Under the pieces are notes generated by a model, which saw nothing but the letters and a program-made list of their open reading frames with translations, was not told where the DNA came from and ran no database searches. 64,000 bases of DNA from an uncultured Alphaproteobacteria bacterium (lineage in GTDB: Bacteria > Pseudomonadota > Alphaproteobacteria > Acetobacterales > Acetobacteraceae), in assembly GCA_963714255.1 (NCBI GenBank), contig CAVQNU010000031.1, forward strand, positions 76,323-140,322, given 5' to 3'. The translations under genes and the position numbers were made by a program. Shown here one piece after another: positions 56,799-64,000 of the stretch. Each line of letters begins with the position of its first letter. Position 1 is the stretch's first letter.

Positions 56799-59438
56799 TC
56801 AAGCCAGCGCCTTGGAAACCTTCTCATAGGTCAGCCGGCTCAGCCCGCTCGCCGCCAGGATGCGTTCCAGTTCCGCCCGCATAAGCGCCTGCCGCCCGGC
56901 GTCCTGCCGCCGCCAGGCGCCCAGCGGCCCGACCAGCCGCGAGGCCGTCTGCCCGTTCAGCGGATCGAGCGCGATCACCGTGTCGGCCAGGAACCGGTAT
57001 CCGGCGCCCGAGGCATCGTGAAAGCGCACCTGATTGCCGGAAGAGAAGGCGCCGACCAGGGCGCGCACCCGGTTGGGGTTGCGCAGGTCGAAATCTGGAT
57101 GGGACGATAGCGCCCGCACGTCGTCCACCGTCTGGGGCCGCGGCGAGCCAGCCTGGATGGAAAACCACTTGTCCAGCACAAGGTCGTCGCCACGCCAGCT
57201 CGCGTGGAAGGCATCGAGTGCGGCTCGCCGGTCCGCCCCGTCGGTCGCCGCCAGCACCGCCAGTGCCGCCAGCGAATCGGTCATATTGGTGGCGGCATCA
57301 AACTGCGCCCGCGCCAGCACCACGCCCGCGGCGCCGGCGGCTGCCAGATACCCCAGGCAGGCATTGCGCAACGCCCGCCGGCCGATCGCCTCCGCATCGA
57401 TCCGGGCCGGGCCGGAATCGGCCAGGCGGTCATACGTGGCGCGCAAAGCGGGCTCCAAGCGGCGACCAACTTCGCCGCGCAGGAACTGGCGCGCGGCATG
57501 GACGGCGTCGGGATCGACCACCTCCATCTGATCGGCGATGAAGGCTTCCGAGGGCAACACCAGCGCCTCGGCGGCGAATTGGCGGTCGGCGTCGGCCCCC
57601 GCCAGCAGCGCCGCGGTCGCTTCCACCAGCCCCTCGTCCAGCCCGAGCGGCCGTTCCGCGCGCACGTCCGCCACCAGCCCGAGCAGCAGCATGGTGGCGT
57701 AGCGCTGGCCCGACTCCCAGCGCACGAACGGGTCGGCGTCGTGGGTGGCGAGGAAGCGCAGCCGGTCCGGCGTGAGGCCGGCGAGCTTCACCGGAGCGGA
57801 AAATCCGCGCAGCAGCGAGGGCACGGGCGGCGTCGGCACGTCTTCGAACACGAAGTTTTGTTCGGCGCTGTCGAGCAGCAGCAACCGCGTGCCATGGGTT
57901 GCCTCCGCCTCGCCCGCCAGGCGGATGGACAGTTCGTCCCCATCGGGACCAAGCAGCCCGAGCGCCACCGGGATCGGCACCGGCGATTTATCCGGCTGGC
58001 CCGGGGTCGTTTTCGTCGCCTGCCGCAACGTCAGGACAAAACGCCGCCCCGCCGGGTCGTACGTGTCGGAAACAGTTACTTCCGGCGTGCCGGCCTGCGC
58101 GTACCAGAGCAGAAACCGCGACAGATCGGCGCCGGCCCCATCGCCGATGGCCCGCACGAAATCCTCGATGGTCACCGCCTGGTTGTCGTGCCGGGCGAAA
58201 TAGCAGTCCATGCCGCGCCTGAACCCGTCTTGTCCCAGCACCCGGTGGAGCATGCGGCAGATCTCCGCACCTTTTTCATACACGGTCGGGGTATAGAAAT
58301 TGTCGATGGCGATATAGCTGTCCGGCCGCACCGGGTGGGCCAGCGGCCCGTCATCTTCCGGGAACTGGGCGGCACGCAGGCGGCGCACATCGGCGATTCG
58401 TTTCACCGCCGGACTGCCCATGTCGGCGCCGAACATCTGGTCACGGAATACGGTCAGCCCCTCCTTCAGCGACAACTGGAACCAGTCGCGGCAGGTCACC
58501 CGGTTGCCGGTCCAGTTGTGGAAATACTCGTGCGCGATCACCCGCTCGATGCCCTCGTAATCGGCATCGGTGGCGGTTTCCGGCCGTGCCAGCACGTATT
58601 TCGTGTTGAAAACGTTCAGCCCCTTGTTTTCCATCGCCCCCATGTTGAAGTCCGAAACAGCGGCGATGTTGAACACGTCCAGATCGTATTCCAGGCCGAA
58701 CACGCGCTCGTCCCACGCCATGCTGTGCTTGAGCGAACGCATCGCGTGCCCGCAACTGGCCTCGTCGCCGCGCCGCACCCAGATGGCAAGCTGCACCTCG
58801 CGGCCCGAGCTTGTGACGAACCGGTCGCGCACGGCCACCAGATCGCCGGCAACGAGGGCGAACAAATAGGACGGTTTCGGGTGCGGATCGGTCCAGCGGG
58901 CGAAATGCCGTCCGTCCGGCAACGTGCCGGCGTCGTCCGGGTTGCCGTTCGACAGCAGCACCGGCACGCCGGCGCCGGCCACGATGGTGGTGGTGTAGCG
59001 CGCCATCACGTCGGGGCGGTCGGGGAAGAACGTGATGCGCCGGAAACCCTCAGCCTCGCACTGGGTGAAATAGGCGCCGCCCGAGGTGTACAGGCCGGAG
59101 AGCTCGGTGTTGGCGGCGGGGGCGATGCGGGTTTGCACTTCCAGCGTGCAGGCATCGGGCAAGCCGGGAATGGTCAGGCTGCCGTCCTGTGCAAGCATAT
59201 ACTGGTTGGCCCCCAGCGCTTCCCCCTCCAGCCGCAGCCCGAGCAATGTCAGGCCCTCGCCGTCCAGGTGCAGCGGCGCAGCAGGGTCGCCATGCGCCTG
59301 GTTGCGCCGCAGCGCCAGCTTCGACCGCACCAGGGTGGCGCCCGGATCGAGCTCGAAATGCAGGTCGACGGTGTCGACCAGAAAGGCGGGCGGGCGATAG
59401 TCGAGGCGGCGGGTTTCGGTCAGCTTGCTGTCGGGCAT
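56799..59438 (-). CDS. pepN: Aminopeptidase N (M1 family)
   Basis: ATG at 59438. GAMENKG exopeptidase motif, HEYFHNWTGNRVT zinc site plus downstream Glu (SLKEGLTVF). Confidence 0.9.
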   Translation of the reverse strand: MPDSKLTETRRLDYRPPAFLVDTVDLHFELDPGATLVRSKLALRRNQAHGDPAAPLHLDGEGLTLLGLRLEGEALGANQYMLAQDGSLTIPGLPDACTLEVQTRIAPAANTELSGLYTSGGAYFTQCEAEGFRRITFFPDRPDVMARYTTTIVAGAGVPVLLSNGNPDDAGTLPDGRHFARWTDPHPKPSYLFALVAGDLVAVRDRFVTSSGREVQLAIWVRRGDEASCGHAMRSLKHSMAWDERVFGLEYDLDVFNIAAVSDFNMGAMENKGLNVFNTKYVLARPETATDADYEGIERVIAHEYFHNWTGNRVTCRDWFQLSLKEGLTVFRDQMFGADMGSPAVKRIADVRRLRAAQFPEDDGPLAHPVRPDSYIAIDNFYTPTVYEKGAEICRMLHRVLGQDGFRRGMDCYFARHDNQAVTIEDFVRAIGDGAGADLSRFLLWYAQAGTPEVTVSDTYDPAGRRFVLTLRQATKTTPGQPDKSPVPIPVALGLLGPDGDELSIRLAGEAEATHGTRLLLLDSAEQNFVFEDVPTPPVPSLLRGFSAPVKLAGLTPDRLRFLATHDADPFVRWESGQRYATMLLLGLVADVRAERPLGLDEGLVEATAALLAGADADRQFAAEALVLPSEAFIADQMEVVDPDAVHAARQFLRGEVGRRLEPALRATYDRLADSGPARIDAEAIGRRALRNACLGYLAAAGAAGVVLARAQFDAATNMTDSLAALAVLAATDGADRRAALDAFHASWRGDDLVLDKWFSIQAGSPRPQTVDDVRALSSHPDFDLRNPNRVRALVGAFSSGNQVRFHDASGAGYRFLADTVIALDPLNGQTASRLVGPLGAWRRQDAGRQALMRAELERILAASGLSRLTYEKVSKALA

Positions 59439-59506
59439 GGCGGGTCCGGGGTTCGGGGTGGTGCTCGCATATTGGGACGGAAGATGCGGCCGGATAGGCC
59501 GGCAAG

Positions 59507-59618
59507 AAAGGCCAGGGCTCTGCCCTGGACCCGCCAAGGGGCAGTGGCCCCTTGGAACCCATTACTTTTAGGCATTTGTTATGAGAGGGGGGGCCAGGGC
59601 AGAGCCCTGGCCTTACTT
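59507..59618. repeat. Palindromic repeat family copy carrying part of the second module
   Basis: aaaggccagggctctgccctggacccgccaaggggcagtggccccttggaacccattacttttaggcatttgttatgagagggggggccagggcagagccctggcctta. Confidence 0.85.
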
Positions 59619-60977
59619 GCCAGCCACCGGCAGCCACACCGAGAACAGCGCCCCCTTCCCCTCCTCGCTCTCGATGCCCAGCAATCCCCGATGCCGGTTG
59701 ACGATATGCTTGACGATCGCAAGTCCCAGCCCGGTACCGCCCGCCTTGCGCGACCGCCCCGCATCAACCCGGTAGAACCGCTCTGTCAGCCGCGGCACGT
59801 GCTGCTTCGGAATACCCGGCCCGTCATCGCGAACCGTCAGCAGCACGCCCGCCCGGCTCGGCCAGCGCCCGCCGGGCCGAGCCGGCGCCACGCCGACCTG
59901 CACCCGCCCGCGCTCGCGGCCGTATTTCAGTGCGTTGTCGATCAGGTTCTGCAGCACCTGCGCCACCTGGTCGGCATCGGCGACAGCCGGCGGCAGCGCC
60001 GGCGCCACCTGCAGCTCCAGCGCCACGGAGCGCGCCGCCGCCGCCGGCTCGAACCCAGCCACCACCCGGGTTGCAAGCGCGCCGAGATCCACGCGGGCGG
60101 ACGGCGGCTGATGCTCGTTCATTTCGATACGCGACAGGCTGAGCAGATCGTCGATCAGCCGGTTCATGCGCGCCGCCTGCTCGGCCATGATGGCGAGGAA
60201 CCGGCGCTGCGCCGGCGGGTCGTCGGCGGCCGGTCCCTGCAGGGTTTCGATGAAGCCGACCAGGCTGGCCAACGGCGTGCGCAGCTCGTGGCTGGCATTG
60301 GCGATGAAATCCGCCCGCATGCGCTCCAACGCGCGCTCGCGGGTGCGGTCCGACAGCACCACGATGGCACGCGCGCCGTCGGACAGCGGCGGGTCCATCA
60401 GAATAACGGTGGCGTGCACCTCGCGCGGCACCGGCACCGGCACGCTGAGCTCGGCGGACTGGCGTGCCCCGGTGTCGAACGCCCGGTCGATGGCGGCGCG
60501 CATGCCAGGATGGCGCAGCACAGCCGGCATGTCGGCGCCGAACGCGGCGCGCGCCGCGGCGTTGGTCCGGCGCGGCTTGCGGTCGGGACCCAGCACCAGC
60601 AACGGGTCGGGCAGGTTTTCGACGATCGCCTCGTTGGCGCGCAGCAACCGGCCGACTTCGGCCGCGCGCGCGGCCAGGCTGCGGGCCAGCCGTTCGATGC
60701 CGAGGCCGATCCGCTCCACCGGGGCGATGCGCGGCGCGGCGGCGGCGTGCGACAGTGCCATCGCGTTTTCCTGGGCGGCATGGCGCAGCGTCTCGGCGAG
60801 CAGGGACAGGTCGCGGGCGAACAGCGCGCCGAGACCGGACGCGGCCAACAGCGTCGCCGCGAGCGCGAGCAGGACCGGTCCGGTCTCGGCGGCACCGGTC
60901 GCCAGCAGCAGCAGCAACGCCGCCGCGGGGGTGGCGGCGATCGCCCCGGCGGCGCCGAGCAGCACCCCGGTGCGCAC
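59613..60977 (-). CDS. phoR: Sensor histidine kinase, PhoR-like
   Basis: Two N-terminal TM segments. H-box SHELRTPLASL. RFLAIMAEQAARMNRLIDDLLSLSRIE is typical of PhoR. N/G boxes DNALKYG, DDGPGI, GTGLGLAIV. Confidence 0.75.
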   Translation of the reverse strand: MRTGVLLGAAGAIAATPAAALLLLLATGAAETGPVLLALAATLLAASGLGALFARDLSLLAETLRHAAQENAMALSHAAAAPRIAPVERIGLGIERLARSLAARAAEVGRLLRANEAIVENLPDPLLVLGPDRKPRRTNAAARAAFGADMPAVLRHPGMRAAIDRAFDTGARQSAELSVPVPVPREVHATVILMDPPLSDGARAIVVLSDRTRERALERMRADFIANASHELRTPLASLVGFIETLQGPAADDPPAQRRFLAIMAEQAARMNRLIDDLLSLSRIEMNEHQPPSARVDLGALATRVVAGFEPAAAARSVALELQVAPALPPAVADADQVAQVLQNLIDNALKYGRERGRVQVGVAPARPGGRWPSRAGVLLTVRDDGPGIPKQHVPRLTERFYRVDAGRSRKAGGTGLGLAIVKHIVNRHRGLLGIESEEGKGALFSVWLPVAGK

Positions 60978-60989
60978 CGCCGCGGCCCG

Positions 60990-62222
60990 TCAGATGCCCG
61001 GCGCGGAGACCGAGTCCGGCGCCGACTCGATCAAGCTCACCCCGCTGCGGTCGATCTGGAACAAGGCCAGGCCGCGGCGCACCGAGCCGTCGGTGCGCAG
61101 GGCGAACAGCCCGTCGACCCCGGCGAACCCTTCCGGCCGGCACAGCGCGGCGATCGAGAATCGTCCCTCCGCCGCCAGCACCCGGGCAATCGCCGCGGCG
61201 TCGTAGGCGAAATCGGCCAGGCCGGGTGGGGTGGCGTTGTATTTGGCGGTGTAGGCGGCATCGAAGGTGGCGCGCGCGGCCGGGTCGGGCGCGGCGTACC
61301 AGGCGCCGTTGAGGTCGGCGCCGCTGCGCGTGCCCGGCACCGCCCAGAGCGCGGGTCCCATGACCTGCACAGCGGGTGGGTTGATATCGTAATAGGCCAG
61401 GAAGCTGGTCAGCCAGGCCAGCCGTTCATTGTTGGTCTCGGCCAGCAGCAGCGAGTCGAACGGCGCCGGGGAAACCGACGGGTGGGACAGATTGGCGCCG
61501 TCGTTTCGGTGCGCCTCCGTCGGCGCCCGCCTTCCCGCAGTCTCGGCGAGGTCGCGGATTGTGCCGGAGATGCCGGCGTTGGTGCTCTCGTAGAAGCGGA
61601 TGTCGGCGGCGGGGCCGCCGGTCGGTGCGATCGCCTGGGTCAGGGCGGTCGCCATCGATTGGCCGAACCCGGAATTGGGCAGGGCGGCGGCGAAACGGCC
61701 CTTGCCACGCGCCACCGCCGCGCCGACCAGGCGGCGCACCTGCTGCGCCGGCGTCAGGCCGAGCGTCCAGACCCCGGGCTGCGCCTGGGCGGTGTCGTTG
61801 GTGAAGGCCAGCACCGGAACGCCGGCAGGCCGCGCCACCGCGGCGACCGCGGCGGTCTCGCCGGCGGTCAGCGGACCGATGAACAGCCGGGCGCCGGCGG
61901 CGAGCGCCGCGGTGGCCGCGACGGTGGCACCCTGCGGGGTGCCGGCGGTGTCGCGCACGTCGAGCACCGGCGAGCCCGGCTCGGTCAACGCCAGTTGCGC
62001 GGCATTCACCAGCGCCTGGCCGCGCTCGGCGTTCGGGCCGGTCAGCGGGGCAAGCAGCGTGAGTCCGCGAATGGCGGGGGCGACGGTGGGGGGCGGCGGC
62101 CGCACCGGCAACGGGGCGGGCGGGGCGATGCCGAACATCGGCTGGCGCGGCGGCGGAGCGCTCCCGGTGCAGGCCGCCAGTGCTAAGGTGGCGACGAGGA
62201 GCACGAATGCCCGACGAAACAT
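60990..62222 (-). CDS. Lipoprotein with periplasmic-binding-protein fold, LpoA-like penicillin-binding protein activator
   Basis: ATG at 62222. Lipobox LALAACTG and a Pro-rich linker. Divergent from rsmI, as lpoA is in E. coli. Confidence 0.55.
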   Translation of the reverse strand: MFRRAFVLLVATLALAACTGSAPPPRQPMFGIAPPAPLPVRPPPPTVAPAIRGLTLLAPLTGPNAERGQALVNAAQLALTEPGSPVLDVRDTAGTPQGATVAATAALAAGARLFIGPLTAGETAAVAAVARPAGVPVLAFTNDTAQAQPGVWTLGLTPAQQVRRLVGAAVARGKGRFAAALPNSGFGQSMATALTQAIAPTGGPAADIRFYESTNAGISGTIRDLAETAGRRAPTEAHRNDGANLSHPSVSPAPFDSLLLAETNNERLAWLTSFLAYYDINPPAVQVMGPALWAVPGTRSGADLNGAWYAAPDPAARATFDAAYTAKYNATPPGLADFAYDAAAIARVLAAEGRFSIAALCRPEGFAGVDGLFALRTDGSVRRGLALFQIDRSGVSLIESAPDSVSAPGI

Positions 62223-63118
62223 GCGAAATCCCTTTCGATCCGGCCGTACTCGGCGGCGGCGCGGCCGCGGCCGCGCCACCCGGCGGTCTTGTGCTGGTTT
62301 CGACGCCGATCGGCAACCTCCAGGACCTGTCCGCGCGCGCCATTGCCGTGCTCGGGGCGGCGCACACGGTGTTGTGCGAGGACACCCGCGTCACCGCCCG
62401 GCTGTGCGCGGTGCTGGGCATCACCCCGACCCTGCTGGCGCTGCACGACCACAACGAGGACGGGCGCATCCCGCAGGTGTTGCGCCTGCTGGCCGAGGGT
62501 CGGCTGGTGGCGCTGGTGTCGGATGCCGGCACGCCCTTGGTGTCCGATCCGGGCTACCGGCTGGTGCGGGCGGCGCTGGCGGCGGGGCTGCCGGTCGCGG
62601 CGGTGCCGGGGCCGAATGCGGCGCTGCTGGCGCTGACGCTGTCGGGTCTGCCGCCGCACCCGTTCCTGTTCATCGGCTTCCTGCCGCCGAAAGCGGCGGC
62701 GCGGCGGGCCACCCTTGCGAAACTGCGTGCCGCCGAACGGGCCGGGCTCGCGGCCACGTTGCTGTTCCACGAGGCGCCGCACCGGCTGGGTGAGGCGCTG
62801 GCGGACATGGCCGATCTGCTCGGTCCCCGGCCCGCCGCGGTGGCGCGGGAGCTGACGAAGCGCTTCGAGGAGGTGGCGCGCGGCACGCTGCCCGAGCTCG
62901 CCGCCCGCTATGCCGCGGCACCGCCGCGCGGCGAGGTGACGCTGGTGGTCGGCCCGCCGCCCGAGGAGGGAGCGCCCGCGGAGGCGGACCTCGATGCCTT
63001 GCTGCGCGCGGCGCTGGAGGGGCACAGCCTGAAGGAGGCGGTCGCCGAGGTGACCGCCGCGACCGGCCTGCCACGGCGCGCGGTGTACGCACGCGCGCTG
63101 GTTCTGGCCGGAGGATGA
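62207..63118 (+). CDS. rsmI: 16S rRNA (cytidine1402-2'-O)-methyltransferase
   Basis: LVLVSTPIGNLQDLSARA..LCEDTRVT and SDAGTPLVSDPGYRLV tetrapyrrole-methylase-fold motifs. Confidence 0.85.
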   Translation: MPDETCEIPFDPAVLGGGAAAAAPPGGLVLVSTPIGNLQDLSARAIAVLGAAHTVLCEDTRVTARLCAVLGITPTLLALHDHNEDGRIPQVLRLLAEGRLVALVSDAGTPLVSDPGYRLVRAALAAGLPVAAVPGPNAALLALTLSGLPPHPFLFIGFLPPKAAARRATLAKLRAAERAGLAATLLFHEAPHRLGEALADMADLLGPRPAAVARELTKRFEEVARGTLPELAARYAAAPPRGEVTLVVGPPPEEGAPAEADLDALLRAALEGHSLKEAVAEVTAATGLPRRAVYARALVLAGG

Positions 63119-63124
63119 GGGAGG

Positions 63125-64000
63125 TCAGCGCCCATGCGCCCGAATGAGAATGAAATTCAGCGTCAGATGCAGCGTCACTTCGTTTTGCGGCGTGGCGGGC
63201 GGGAACGGCGGCAGCATCGCGTTGCGGAAAATCGCCAGCGAGCCCATGTCCAGCCACTGACTGCCCGAGCGCATTTCCAGTTCGGCCTCCCGCACCCGCC
63301 CGGAGCGGTCCACCAGCAGGCGCACGCGCGTCGTGCCGTCCTCGCCCTGGGCCGCGGCCTGACGCGGGTAATAGCCGTGCCGTTCCCACCATTCATGCAG
63401 CGCGCGCAGCCAGTCACCGCCCAGGTCCGCGCCTTCGACCCGCACCATGTCCCCCGCCCCTTCGGGGTTGCGCGGCACCTCGCCATTATTGGTGCGCGCC
63501 TGCGGCCCGAGGGCGAGGTTGAAGCCGCGCCCTTGCGACACCTGGGGGGCGGGCGCGGCGCCGGGATTGCCAAATCCCAGGTCGGCGAGCGAGCGAGCGA
63601 TTGGCCGCGGGAAGGATGATGAAGGCGCGGCAGGCCGGGCTTGGCGCGGCGGCGGCGGGGCCGCTGGCAGGGGAGGCGGCGTGGGCAGCACCTCCGCCTC
63701 GGGAACCGGTGGTGGCGGCGGCAACGGCGGCAGCGCCAGCCGCACCGAAGGCGGGACCGGCAGCGGTGCGGGGGGCAGCGCCTGTGCCGGGGGCGCTTGC
63801 GGTGCCTGGCTTTCGGGGACGGGCGGCTCCGGGGTGGTGGGATTTTGCATCGGCGTTTTCGGCGCTTCCGGCGCGCCCGGCGGCAGCATCACCACGTCTA
63901 CCGATTCGGGTTCGCCGACATCGCGCGCCATCTGCTGCTCCGGCGGGGCGATCAGCAGCGCCAGCAGAACCGCCAGGTGCAGCAGCGCCGAGAGGGCCAG
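63125..64000 (-). CDS. tonB: TonB-like energy transducer (5' end outside the window)
   Basis: Frame stays open to the window edge, where it encodes the TM anchor LALSALLHLAVLLALLIAP. Followed by a long Pro-rich spacer and a TonB C-terminal domain (YYPRQAAAQGEDGTTRVRLLVDRSGRV). Confidence 0.75.
   Translation of the reverse strand: MALSALLHLAVLLALLIAPPEQQMARDVGEPESVDVVMLPPGAPEAPKTPMQNPTTPEPPVPESQAPQAPPAQALPPAPLPVPPSVRLALPPLPPPPPVPEAEVLPTPPPLPAAPPPPRQARPAAPSSSFPRPIARSLADLGFGNPGAAPAPQVSQGRGFNLALGPQARTNNGEVPRNPEGAGDMVRVEGADLGGDWLRALHEWWERHGYYPRQAAAQGEDGTTRVRLLVDRSGRVREAELEMRSGSQWLDMGSLAIFRNAMLPPFPPATPQNEVTLHLTLNFILIRAHGR

Noticed and set aside
57204-62186. 1660-aa plus-strand ORF, the longest in the window
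   Set aside because: It runs antisense to pepN, phoR and the LpoA-like gene, all of which have clear family motifs. Its translation is Arg/Gly/Ala/Pro-rich low-complexity sequence with no motifs. This is a typical shadow ORF of a high-GC genome.

Overview
High-GC (roughly 68-70%) alphaproteobacterial chromosome segment. This is inferred from the split F0 ATP synthase operon with b and b-prime subunits, a hopanoid (hpn/shc) cluster and a riboswitch-led gcvTHP operon; an Acetobacteraceae/Rhodospirillales-like origin is a guess. Gene order: a Che-like cluster (REC-CheA-small ORF-REC-MCP), chalcone-isomerase-like protein, penicillin-acylase family protein, then an IS-rich island at 9.1-14.6 kb. 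The island holds a deleted IS630 derivative, an IS4-family remnant with an intact IS630 nested in it, and an MFS pseudogene split by an ISAs1 element. Next come a desaturase, a decayed region at 16.1-19.2 kb (ECF sigma, short anti-sigma, truncated Cache sensor), rnhA-thrB-ispH, glycine riboswitch + gcvTHP, atpI-B-E-F'-F, a crotonase, ppc and a five-gene Hsp70 module. The remainder is an esterase, hpnA-B-C-D-E-shc-hpnG / hpnH, TetR and MarR regulators, M17 and M1 aminopeptidases, hlyIII, cspA, phoR, an LpoA-like lipoprotein, rsmI and a partial tonB. The most interesting locus is 36338-41907. It is a translationally coupled operon encoding a TPR-rich 838-aa protein, a J-domain protein whose HPD motif reads PPD, a GrpE-like protein, an HscC-like Hsp70 and a zinc-ribbon mini-protein. 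Other signals are a palindromic intergenic repeat family (at least 8 loci) and a run of single-base frameshifts in otherwise conserved genes (MCP x2, hpnB, shc, one small conserved ORF). Those frameshifts are either assembly indel errors or real pseudogenisation. All calls rest on motif recognition by eye; no database search was run.
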